A DNA stretch of 64,000 nt, taken from positions 17,300,001-17,364,000 of the forward strand of contig CM119372.1 in the NCBI GenBank assembly GCA_051294905.1, given 5' to 3'. The position numbers were made by a program, and so were the translations under genes. Each line of letters opens with the position of its first letter. The stretch's first letter is position 1. Positions 12,393 through 24,149 of the stretch are shown here, piece by piece. The stretch is from Botryllus schlosseri. Its lineage: Eukaryota. Under the pieces are notes generated by a model, which was not told the DNA's origin, did no database searches, and saw only the letters and a program-made list of their open reading frames with translations.

Positions 12393-13961
12393 TGGACGGG
12401 GGTTCGATCCAGAATTCAGAAATGATGACGTCGAGGTATAAGCCCATAATTGACCACAGGACAAATATTTATACTTTTGGACTCTTCTTCACGTCAAATC
12501 ATTCAAAGATGCGTCTGGAGTCATTCCAACACTGCTACAAACCGCTTTGAAAGTAGCGCAAATAAACGCAACACGACATTGAGTAAACTGACTTCAGTAG
12601 ACCGTGACCATTCTGTGGACTAACACTGGGAGACAATGGATTGTTCACTCCCATCTCTATACCACTAGCATAACATCGTCTGAGTCGTTTATCGGCGTCG
12701 AAAGTACATGACGCCGTGAGCTTAACACGTACGACGTAGGGCCGTCGTTCGTGTGCTGAGATCGATGGATACGAGTCGATTTAGGTGGTACCTTGGCCGA
12801 TAGAACCATTACATATATTCGTTCCTGAATCGCCTTATATATGTACCATTTGTGGGTAGGATGTATACAGGTAAAGTGATGAAATTACCCGCGGAGGAAA
12901 ATGAGCTATGGTGGCCATGCTACTGCGAGGTCTTTCGAAGTCCCAGAGGCAAAACGCCATGTTGCTGTACGGAAAATGCTCGACGCCTAACGCCAGTAAA
13001 TCAGCTTCCGCTATGGGTTTAACCCCGTGTCACGCCTCCTTGGTTGCATTGAATTGCGAATTCGGATGCTAAAATTTACAAGCATATTGAGCAACGTAGT
13101 TTTGAATTGCCAGAATATTAGCCATGAACGGTGTTATCTGTAATGCCAGTTGACATGAACGTTCAGGTTTCTCCAGAATGCTTTGCTCTACAATGTTTAA
13201 TATTAGTGTTAGTCTGGCTTGGGGATATGATAGTATGGGCTAGGATTAGGCCAGCTTGGGTAAAGGTCGGCTTGATTTAGGATTTGGGTTAAGATCCAGA
13301 TCGACCACACTATTGACGCAGTATAGTCGCGAGTGAATTCATATTATCCAGGATTAGTCTAACATCTATATTATTTCCATGACCTAATTGTTTTAAAGAG
13401 CACGGCGGGTGTTTATGAGGTCATTTTGGGTTAGCCATTGCTAAAAGTCAGATCTGATGTTCCTGGGAAGTTTTAGCTGCACGAGGAGCTGAAAAATCTA
13501 GATATTACCTATCATATTTCTGAGTTTTTCGCGGGGAAATTTATAATGCGGCGGCATTATTGACGCAATTTTTTCATCCTATCTACGGACTCTCCACAGG
13601 ATAATATGTCGTTTGAGCAGTGTTCTTAGCCTCTTGAGAGCCCGTACCCCCCGAGCAAAATGCTCGGAACTAAACAAAAGAATATATTGCACGTAAAAAA
13701 ACTCCGGGTAATACGGACAATTCTCCGCTCAATTCAGACACAGGTTCGCAATTCCTATCGCTAGATCATTTATATGACACATTGATTATTTCGTTCTTAT
13801 CAAGATGAGTGATTATGGCAAAACAATGACGATCCATGCAGTAACGATTGACAATTAACTCATATACGGAGGGCCAGCTTATATTACGTCCTTCCAACTT
13901 TACAATAAATTATTTTCTGACCGGCTTAAAGACTTATGCCTTTCATTCTTACTGTTTAGTG

Positions 13962-15477
13962 CAGAGGTCTCAAACACGCGGCCCGCGAGAGCATTTTGTG
14001 CGGCCCGCGACGGCATTTTGGAATTTCAAGCATTCACCAATATATTCAAGTGCCATATATCTTTTTTACATATAAGAACTTGAAGTTCGTGCTAAAACTA
14101 CTATAAAATCACCGAAATCTCAATAAACTTCACTATCACATCACTTTTTAAAAAGCTACGGTAGAAGATCAACTATCACGTCACATTTCTAGTTCATAAT
14201 GATAAGACATAACCCGTTGATGATTCGCGATTGAAAATTGTGATTCGGTTTTATGCGACCTTCTCGTTACTCGATTTCGGATTGACTGGGTGATTAATTA
14301 AAAATGACTCGAGTTGAGTCGGGTTAAACGTCAAAATCACAGAAGGACTTGCGACTCGGAACGGTGACTTGGTTGGTAATCCTACGGGCGCAACAATCTA
14401 TGATACTGTCATGGGGAATAGTAATATATCAAAAGGTCGTAGCTTGCGTTGCGTAGGGTACATAGCTATCTAATCAGGTCAGTATAGCAGCCATTGATAT
14501 TCTGTGACCCTCGTGACGTATAGTTGATTACATGCTGGGTGTTGTTTGTTCCCTTTGTCCATGTGATTATCGGTGGCGCACGCTCTGCAGCTGTAACACC
14601 AATGAATTATTCGCCGATTGGATATTTCAATTCCAGGGTCCGTAGACTCCATCGAGGTACGAAGCACCACATCAGGGTGTACGAGATGCATTGTGGAATT
14701 AGGCCTATATGCTGTGGAATATATTCTTGGCCAATTTATTCAACTGGAAAATAGTCCTCGCGCTACGCGCGATTTTCTGTGAATGGGCTTTCTGATTTTA
14801 ATATAGGAACCATCCAGATATCGTGTTCTAAATGGACAAGGGCTACGAGAAATCTTATCGGAAGCACAAGGGGTACGATCGCTATAAAGTTTGAGAAGCA
14901 ATGTTATTACTATGGATCAATAATGATTATATTTAAGTTGTTATTGGTTATTGATATGTTCCAATAATAATCGAAGGAAAAATCTAACGCTGATTTAGTT
15001 TGACTTTGGCAATAACAGTAACAACAGTCGATACTTATCACGACTATGTCAAAACCAGGTATGGCTCGCACAAATGCTCTGATATCAGATCATCGTTCGG
15101 TAGATTTTAAAATATTCTACATAAGATTGTGGCACGGTAAAGGTCCACTAGCTGCAATATTATAACCCGACAGTTTGACGATGTCATGATCATGACGCAT
15201 CCTCTCGCATGACTCATTAATTAAAAAAATTATGCCCAGAACAAAAACAATTTTATTCAAATATTTGAAAATGTGATTTTTTCCGTGCCGAGCGAGAATA
15301 GTTTAATAGTAAATTACATTTCCACGATGTTTGTGGAATGCCTATATGCAAGGTCCCGTCAAATAAGTCCTACTTGGAAATTATACATTGAATATCCCTA
15401 TTATTGATGCTGCGGCCCGCGGTGTCATCAAAAACTAGGAAATTGGCCCGCGAGCACATTTGAGTTTGAGACCTCTG
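13962..15477. mobile_element. Non-autonomous hAT (Charlie/Buster-type), family A
   Basis: TIR CAGAGGTCTCAAAC; perfect TSD GTTTAGTG; GCGGCCCGC subterminal motifs; related copies at 17990, 30346 and 34870. Confidence 0.92.
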
Positions 15478-16010
15478 GTTTAGTGGAATAATTTAACAAA
15501 TATAGATATATATAGCTATAAATGCCGTTCAGTTCTTGCCGCAAGGCTCAGTACTGTATTGGAAAACTTAGTTACTGCACTATTTAACCACATGCGTGTG
15601 TTACAAAATAATATAGTGTATAGTAGCCTATTTATTGTAACGTGTAGTACAGTATAATACTAACCTGAAGGTATTACTCATGAGCGTTTTATGAGATCAG
15701 TGACAATTGCAATTCATTCGTTACTCAACAGTAGACCTACGCTCTTTTTAATGCATTTGGGCATTACTATGAAACGAGCAATTAATATTCCGCTTAATTC
15801 AAACCAATCGACGAATCCGAATCCTTCATCTCTACAAATCGCTGTCAGATATTGGTTACTGGTCAGGTGATACTACATAATGAACGTCTTGATAGAATCG
15901 TAAGACTATACTTTTTGCGATTTGTATTTACTTTAGCTGATTTAGCCGATTTCCTTTAGCTGTGTATAGCACGCATGTTAGTCGACAAAACGGTGAATTG
16001 ATATATAGTG

Positions 16011-16470
16011 CAGTGGTTCTCATCCTTTTTGTCTTCGCGGACGCCATTTCGTCCATTAATTCTCCGACGGGCCCCCTCAAGGTCAGTTCAATTATCACGC
16101 AACCGTCATCTGTCTTGTGTAGTTATTACCTGTAGCTTATTGTAAACTGCAGTGATTGCGCTTTTTGTGAGATTACCATCGTACTATCGTGTGGAATATG
16201 TGAAGACTTTTATTGTTTCAAAGCGAATCCGCATAATCGGATGTCTGCAGCAGCATGTGAGAAACTAAACTCGAAATGGTAGGTCGTGTCGTGGAGAAAT
16301 GATAGGTCGTATCGTGGAGAACTGGTCTCATATGAACGAGAGTAGAATATCCACTTTCACGAAGATAGGTGGAGGTGAAAGTAATAATGTCGCGCAACGT
16401 TTCCGACGACGCATTTGTGTGTGACGGTAACATGATGCACCAAAATTGAGACACAGACTTTTAAATGAAC
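16011..16470 (-). mobile_element. hAT Buster/Charlie remnant (terminus plus transposase C-terminal scrap)
   Basis: CAGTGGTTCTCA terminus at 16011; minus-strand FTSTYLRESGYSTLV resembles the Buster FxxTYLCESGFS motif. Confidence 0.55.
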
Positions 16471-16690
16471 ATCGCCTACAGCTTAGTCATTGCTATCAAA
16501 AGCTAGGTTGTCCGTAAATTGGCCACTCCTGTTTTATAAGTGTATTTGTATATTCCATAGATTATTGTATATTATAATTGGTTATTTATCTGATGTTTAT
16601 TATAAAGAGGTAAAAACTCTGAACTGCTGTCTCGGGCGAGAAGATCGAAGAATTGTTAGCATTATATACCATGGGCGCTACACTAGTTCC

Positions 16691-17272
16691 ATGATGTATT
16701 TACTGGAATTCCTTCATAGATGCCTTGAGTATTTGTGGCTGGTCCACAAATCAGGCAAATTAGTGTTCCTTGGGCTTAGCGACGCGGGAAAAACCTCGCT
16801 ACTCCAAATGTTGGAGAATAAGGAAATTATGACCCACAAACCTACATTGCATCCAACTGTGCGGAAACTGACAATTGGAGATAAATCATTTACCACGTTC
16901 GAAATTGGTGGCCATTTTCTATGGAGAAGAAGATGGGAGGATTATTTTCCGGATATTGATGGAATTGTGTATCTTGTTGACGCCGCTGACAAGGGATGCA
17001 TGGATGAAGCGAAAAAGGATCTTGACAGTTTGCTGGCATATGGGCAGGTTGCACATGTACCTATTCTTGTTCTTGGGAATAAAACTGACATACCTGACGC
17101 AGCAAGTGAACGTGCCCTCTTAGCATTTTTCCAATTACATACAACTGGCAAAGGTAATGTTTCCAGAGATAGCCTTGGCGGCGCAATGCCAGTCGAGCTA
17201 TTCATGTGCTCCGTTCTTAACAAGCAAGGTTACGAGGATGGATTTCGGTGGCTGAGCCAGTATATCAATTGA
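16691..17272 (+). CDS. SAR1: Sar1-family small GTPase (COPII), divergent intronless copy, 193 aa
   Basis: KSGKLVFLGLSDAGKT (G1), PTLHPT (G2), FEIGGH (G3), YFPDIDGIVYLVD, LGNKTD (G4), TTGKG, ELFMCSV..QGYEDGFRWLSQYI are Sar1 hallmarks. ATG 16691 gives canonical length; the ORF track's upstream extension is non-ATG and unalignable. Confidence 0.92.
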   Translation: MMYLLEFLHRCLEYLWLVHKSGKLVFLGLSDAGKTSLLQMLENKEIMTHKPTLHPTVRKLTIGDKSFTTFEIGGHFLWRRRWEDYFPDIDGIVYLVDAADKGCMDEAKKDLDSLLAYGQVAHVPILVLGNKTDIPDAASERALLAFFQLHTTGKGNVSRDSLGGAMPVELFMCSVLNKQGYEDGFRWLSQYIN

Positions 17273-17648
17273 AAGCAAAACAGGTCATACACTGTACAGT
17301 GCCGTGATGTACAATTGTACATCCGTAACACTATTGTACCATTTGCATTTCACGACTATATCATTCCATGTTTAAATCATGAGAGTTCTTTATGTTCCTG
17401 TCTGGTAGCGTAATGCGCAATCACAAGTCGAGGGTTTTGCTCCAGGTGTGAAGTTTAGCCTAAATCTCGTGTATTTAATTGTTGCTGCTTAACAATTGTA
17501 TTCTGGCAACCCAAAATTAATCCAATACTGCGTGAAAGATTGTTTACAAGTGTAAAAGTGAAAGTGTGTAGTGAGGGAATTAAAACATTTTTTTAGATAT
17601 TTGATAATTTGCTTGTGTGTAATGGAATTTCTGTAATCACATAGCCAG

Positions 17649-20193
17649 TAGGGATGGTGTGAACGTGAGGTTCACGTTCGCGTTCTTTGTGTGTAGACCT
17701 CAGAAATTTAGAGGCTCACGTTCACAAACGAACCTTGGTAGGTTCTTCACTGTGAACCTTTTTCATATATTACAATTTTCACTTCATTATAAGATATTTG
17801 GTTGAAATTTATTGCATTTTAAGTGCGGGCCACTATATATGCATGGCGCTGGAAGCATTCATAAATCAACACTAAACGAGGATGTACCTTGACAATCTCA
17901 AAATTTTCCTTACTTTGTTACAAAAGTTTGCTCGAATATTTAGTGACTCTCTGCCGAGTGCTTGGCGCGCAATCATACAATATCAAGAGCAGAGGTCTCA
18001 AACTCAAATGTGCTCTCGGGCCAATTTCCTAATTTGTGATGACCCGCGGGCCGCAACATCAATAAATAGGGGTATTCAATTTATAATATGCAACTAGGCG
18101 TTATTTAACGGCACCTTGCAGACAGGCATTCCACAACCATCGAGAAAATGCAATTTACTATTATACTATTCACGCTTGGCACGAACAAATCACATTTTCA
18201 AATATTTGAATAAAATAGTTTTTGTGCCGGGCATAATTTGTTGGGGAATGAGTTTAGACATCATGCGAGAGGCGCATGATGATATCGTAAAAGCTGTCGG
18301 ATTGTAATATTGCAGCTATTGGACCTTTGAAATGCCACAATTTTAAGTGGAATATTTTAGAATTCACTAAAGATTGATTTGATATCAGAGCATGTGAGCG
18401 GTGTAGCCTAATCGGGTTTTCTGATATACTCGTGATAAGTATAGGCTATTGTTACTGTCATTGCCAAAGTCAGCGTTACCAGCGTTAGGTTTTCTTCGAT
18501 TAATATTGAAACAGATCAATAACAACTTAAATATAATCATTATTGTTCCATAGTTAGCATTGTTTCTTAACCGTTTTAGCGATCGTGCCGCTTGTACTTT
18601 TAATTGGATTTCCAGTGACCCCTGTCGATTTTCAACACAATTTCTGATGGGACCTATAAAAATCAGAAATCCCATTCACATAAAATCACGCGTAGCGCGA
18701 AGAATATTTTCCAGTTGAATAAATTAGCCCAGAAAATATTCCAGAGCATATAGGCCAATTTCCACAATGCATCTGGTACCCCCTGATGTGGTGCTTTGTA
18801 CCACGAAGGGGATACGGACCCCTGGAATAGAAATGACTAATCGCCGAAGAATCCATTGGTGTTACAGCTGTGGACTGTGGAGCGTACCACTACCTTACTC
18901 GCCACCGATAATAACATGGACAGTGAGAACTAACAACATCCAGGATGTAACCAAGTATAGGCCTACGTCACGGGGCCACAGAATGCCAATGGTTTCCATA
19001 CAGACCCGATTAGATTTCTATATTCTATATACCCTACGCAACGCAAGTTACGGGCTTTTGATCTATTACTATTCCCCACGACAGCTTCCTAGATTTTTGC
19101 GTCCGTAGGATTGCCAAGTCACTATTCCGAGAGGCAAGTCCTTCCCTGATTTTAACGTTCGACCCTACTCAACTAGAGTCATTTTTAGTTTATCTCCCAG
19201 TCAATCCAAAATCGAGTAATTTGACGAAAGGTCGCACCAAACAAAATCACAATTTTCAGTCACGAATCATCAACGGTTCATGTTTTGTCATCATGAACCT
19301 GAAATGTGACGTAGTAGCGATCTTCCGCTGCATGGTAGATTTTAGGAAGTGATGAAACAGTGAAGCTTGTTTAGATTTCAGGTTTTTGTAGTAGTTTTAG
19401 AGTCAACTTTAAGTTCCTAAATTTAAAAAAAGATATATTGCACTAGAATATATTGTCGAATACTTGAAATTGAAAAATGCCTTCGCGGGCCGCACAAAAT
19501 GTTATCGAGCGCCGCATGCGGCCCGCGGGCCGCGTGTTTGAGACCTCTGATCAAGAGCATAAAACACTACATGTGGGTAGTCAGCGAATGATGCTTATTT
19601 TCAACCAATCACTGAAATTTATAGTGTTGTCGGATGTAAAAAATCTAGCAGGCGTACAAGGTCAATATTGATTTCACATGTTTATTGTATCATAAAAACC
19701 AAATCCGTGCGATTCGAGTGTTGGCTACTGCTATAAATTGTTAATGGATTAATATCGGTAGCAAGTGTAGAAACCCGTTTTACACTCTGCTCAATATCAA
19801 CGTAGCAATCCTCAAACGCCGAATACATTTTCCGGTCAGGCCTAAGGCGTAAGCTTATATTCCCAAGCATGTCCTCATCGAAATGGGTGGCAAAGCAACG
19901 GAAGATAAAGAGATTTTATGGGATTATTATATCGTTTGATTGCCCCAATTGATACATTTGGCGACGTTTAAAGCGTCAATATGAACTTAGGCATTGTGGC
20001 ATCATATCGACCGAGCCGTATCTAGGTACCGTGTACATTAATATAGGCTATCACTTCATCGAAATGTAGTGTTGTAATTAGCAATATGACGTCACGTGAC
20101 GTCATGAGGTTCACGTTCGCGTTCACACAGAACCTTTCAAAACGGTTCGTGTTCACACAAACCTGAACCTTTCAGAGGTTCACACTATCCCTA
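17649..20193. mobile_element. hAT MITE family B, carrying a family A insertion
   Basis: TIR TAGGGATGGTGTGAAC / GTTCACACTATCCCTA; degenerate TSD ATAGCCAG/AAAGCTAG; matches the uninterrupted copy at 39272-40264. Confidence 0.85.
17990..19549. mobile_element. hAT family A copy, inverted relative to 13962-15477
   Basis: TIR CAGAGGTCTCAAAC; perfect TSD ATCAAGAG. Confidence 0.92.
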
Positions 20194-20467
20194 AAAGCTA
20201 GAAGAAAACTAGGGGTTTGGCGATTTTCATAAAATCAGGTGACGGCGCAGGGATCTATTATGACGTCGTGCAAACGAATACCATAAGAATATTCAATAAT
20301 CAAATATAGTTAGCTAGCATGTATACACTGTTGCGCGATCTCGATGAGGTCAAAAAGTTACCTAGAGAACGAATTACGATGTTAGGATAGAATTTTAGAT
20401 AGTGGTCAGCCAATATTATCCATCCAGCCCCTGTGCGTTCATCGTCGTCGTAACTTGCTGTGCTTGT

Positions 20468-20640
20468 TAGGGCTGGGCAAAATCGAGTACATGAGGGATT
20501 GGAATCTGAATCACGTATTACGCTTCGAGTCGAGTCGAGTATTAGAGTTTCACTCATTATGACGCCACAACAGAATATACTATGCCAAAGTTCTAATATG
20601 TACCTTTTATGCGACCACAAAGAACATGATGCAGTTTGAT
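20468..20640. mobile_element. Left end of a hAT element of the 11807 family (right end not found)
   Basis: TAGGGCTGGGCAAAATCGAGTAC and the following ~160 bp align with 11807-11970. Confidence 0.7.
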
Positions 20641-21179
20641 ACAGTTGTTCAAAAAGTTCTTGCAATTGTTTTAAAATAAGCTTTACGACATTTTGGGAGA
20701 GTAAATATCTCTCCATTTTTGCTTACTACATTGCAATTCCCCAGTAACTAGGGATATGAAGCTTTCTTTCGTCACTTGTACAATCTAGTTTAGGTAGGCC
20801 CTCTGTGCATTCAAAGCGACTACCAAAATAGAAATTTTGATCTGTATATTTTATGTTCAATATAACATGCATATGTTCGTTAAAGTTACTCCTTGCTCGC
20901 GTGTACTACTTGAGACACGCCCGCGTACCACAGTCTGGGAATCACTGATCTGTGAGCTATGCTCAACCGGTTGCGCGACTTTGAATTATGTGTCGGCTGC
21001 GCGATTATTTTCTGCCGGCGTGCATAATATTGTTCGAAATCACGAGTTCCGCCGCGCCGTGCAATCAACTAAAACGGCTGCTACACGTGTGTGTGCTGTA
21101 CAGTGTACAGGCTGTACTCTGAAGTCCTAGCCAGACAGGACAATTATAGCCGAAAGCGTAGCGGTTTGAGCGTGTAGCC

Positions 21180-21960
21180 CAGTGGTTCTCAACCTTTTCG
21201 ACCTCGCGGCACCCTTTGGAAATGAAATATTGTTCGCGGCACACCCGCACAGTTGTTCTGAACTTTTTTGCTTAGCAGCACCCACTTCAGTAGTATCACT
21301 GTGTTTCTGCATTAGCTTGGACAGTTCTCGCGAAATGAAAACAATTTATTGAATTTCATCACAAACAAAGTCAGTGCAAAATCTGCGCTTGATTTCTAGC
21401 GCCGGCACCTGTCTATACCGTTACAGAGTCAGTTACACGTTAATATTATTGTTTTGTGTTTTTGTTTTGTGTATTTTTTTTCCTACTCATTGACTAATCC
21501 CGGTTGACGAAGAAATAAATATCTCTCTCTCCCTCCCTCTCCCCCTCTCTCTCTCTCTTCCCCTTTCTCTCTCTCTCTCTCTCTCCTTTCAATTTCATGG
21601 ACGCACAGTGGATAATGCTACTGATTTCTCGCTGATGATTGGAGAGAAAATGGGGATTAGAAAACTGCATGGCCTTGCAGGCGCCGCCATGTTTGCTCTT
21701 CCCTGCGCAAAACTGAATTCAGCCGTTAAGGCACGTGCTATGCCGGCTAAAGCTAATTCGCGGGGTTATTGATTGCGGGCAAAACATCAATTCTGAATGG
21801 ACAAATGTACTTAGAAACTTCACAAGCTCGATTTAAGATTATTGATCGTTAAGAATTATTTTGCGCATAATTTCAAAAATTCGAAGTAATCGCTCGCGAC
21901 ACACTTGCGAGACGTAAATGGCACACGAGTGTGCCGCGGCACGCCGGTTGAGTACCCCTG
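21180..21960. mobile_element. hAT Charlie-type MITE containing a CT-rich microsatellite (about 21522-21590)
   Basis: TIR CAGTGGTTCTCAACC / GGTTGAGTACCCCTG; perfect TSD GTGTAGCC. Confidence 0.9.
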
Positions 21961-22084
21961 GTGTAGCCAAAAACGTATGCGACACAGACAGGTCCCGTAC
22001 GAAGAAGCGTTCTCTCGTTTTTTGCGAGCCTGGTCGAAAGCGTTCATGCCAGACTTGTACAAACTACTGAATTTTCAAAAAGCG

Positions 22085-22740
22085 CAACTAGAACTAGAAC
22101 TAGAACTACTCAATTTTTAAGACTCGCAACTACAACTATAACTAGAACTACCCAATTTTCAAATTCCGCAACTAGAACTAGAACTAGAGCTACTCAATTT
22201 TTAAGACTCGCAACTACAACTATAACTAGAACTACCCAATTTTCAAATTCCGCAACTAGAACTAGAACTAGAACTACTCAATTTTTAAGACTCGCAACTA
22301 CAACTATAACTAGAACTACCCAATTTTCAAATTCCGCAACTAGAACTAGAACTAGAACTACTCAATTTTTAAGACTCGCAACTACAACTATAACTAGAAC
22401 TACCCAATTTTCAAATTCCGCAACTAGAACTAGAACTAGAACTACTCAATTTTTAAGACTCGCAACTACAACTATAACTAGAACTACCCAATTTTCAAAT
22501 TCCGCAACTAGAACTAGAACTAGAACTACTCAATTTTTAAGACTCGCAACTACAACTATAACTAGAACTACCCAATTTTCAAATTCCGCAACTAGAACTA
22601 GAACTAGAACTACTCAATTTTTAAGACTCGCAACTACAACTATAACTAGAACTACCCAATTTTCAAATTCCGCAACTAGAACTAGAACTAGAACTACTCA
22701 ATTTTCAAATCTCGCAACTAGAACCATAACTAGAACTAAC
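22085..22740. repeat. 84-bp tandem array (dimer of two 42-bp subunits rich in AACTAG), about 7.5 near-identical copies
   Basis: Period 84 read directly (22085, 22169, ...); about 3 related 42-bp units at the other end (23716-23835). Confidence 0.95.
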
Positions 22741-22920
22741 GAAATTTAAATATCGGCAACTAACTAACTAATACACAACTACTAAATTTAATTCTCAATC
22801 AACTCATTCATTTTTATTGTATTCGAATTCGGCGTTCCAGCCTTCCACATGAACGTCGGTACAACGAAATTACTAAAAAATCAGACAGACAGAATTATTC
22901 TGTAATCAGTACAGGATAAA

Positions 22921-23378
22921 CTAAACCATTTTCTGCAGCGGTTGCTGATTGCAGCGAATCAACATGAGTCGCGAGAATGTTTTTTCGTTTAATTTTGCCC
23001 TCTTTGGGGAATACAAAATCCCAGCATGCGAGAAAGCCCTTTCACTGGGCGCAGATGTTGCAGTCATCCCAAGAAAATCTTTCCGTAATTCTGGCAAGTC
23101 GGTCATATTCCGCCAACAGTTTAGCACATTCTGACCAAGGGGTAGTCGCTGTTCCCGGCATACTTTTTCACCTCAGACGGCCCGGATTTAACTTCAAGCG
23201 GACGACACTGACTTGGAGGTAGAAAGTTGAAGAGTGAGAGTCTCGGTTTCTTGTGCGTTGGAGAGCCAGGAGGAAACGACCCAGGCAATTTCTGCAATTT
23301 CATTTGTAAAGATACCTTGGGCGAATCCAGATCGTCTTCTCTTTGTGCCTGGGCAGACGTGGTCGACATCATCATCAC
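22921..23378 (-). pseudogene. hAT transposase C-terminal (dimerisation) domain fragment, frameshifted
   Basis: CWRNMTDLPELRKDFLGMTATSAPSERAFSHAGILYSPKRAKL matches the hATC motif (W..P.L...L..PATSA.SER.FS.AG...R..L). Confidence 0.88.
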
Positions 23379-24149
23379 GAATCAAATCTCGTAAGTTTCA
23401 CAGACGCGACAGCTTAGTTCCGAGATAAAACTCGCCAGCGCACAGCAGGAGATCACATTCCAATTAGTAAACAACCTCAGCGGGAGATCGCGTGCGCTGC
23501 GCACTGTCGATTGTTGTAAATTTGACGAGTTATCAGTGAACTCTGTATAATCAATGAATTAACTATGATCCAACAATGAGCATTTGATCCTTTGTCATGA
23601 TCACATTAGTAACCCCAAGTAACCTCACTTGTCACGCGAGGAGAGTTCTCATCGCGCAGGGCAGGACACACGAGTGTTTTCTAGTTGTTCGGCAACTAAT
23701 ATTGTTTTGAAATGCGCAACTAAAACTAGAACTAGAAGCTAGAACTACTGAATTTTCAAAATCTGCAACTACAACTAGAACTAGAACTACGCAATTTTCA
23801 AAATCCGCAACTACAACTAGAACTAGAACTACTCAAAAAACTGTTAGTTAGTTGACCGTCAACTAACTAAGTGTTTAGTTTGTACAAGTCTGGTTCATGC
23901 GCGTATCGAGTTAAATATTTTTCAACTTTATGCGCTATCGGCGCTGACGGCTGTCGTTCATCGTGTGCTTCAGTCGTATTTGGCTGCATGGCTGGGCGAT
24001 GTTTTGTTGAGTGTTGTGAATCGCTGGGAGAAGAGATGCTTTCCATCAATTGTAGTAGAGTATAGTGCCAGCCTATCTTTTGAATATTGTTTACCGCACT
24101 GTATAGCCTACTTGATGAGAATAGCAGTGGCGGCTCGTCCTATAGGCCT

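Larger units (their letters stand above)
22050..23892 (-). mobile_element. Internally deleted hAT transposon with an amplified subterminal array
   Basis: 17-bp perfect TIR CAGACTTGTACAAACTA; perfect TSD GTTCATGC; hAT dimerisation-domain remnant inside. Confidence 0.95.

Noticed and set aside
14524..14754. ORF with a hydrophobic N-terminus inside hAT family A (possible captured gene)
   Set aside because: The frame is not preserved in the other family copies and there is no recognisable domain.
16490..16690. 67-aa N-terminal extension of Sar1
   Set aside because: Starts at a non-ATG codon, is AT-rich, includes the likely TATA box, and canonical Sar1 length begins at 16691.
13962..19549. Sar1 captured in a composite transposon formed by two inverted family A elements
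   Set aside because: Each copy has its own distinct perfect TSD (GTTTAGTG, ATCAAGAG) and the second sits inside a family B element, so they are independent insertions.
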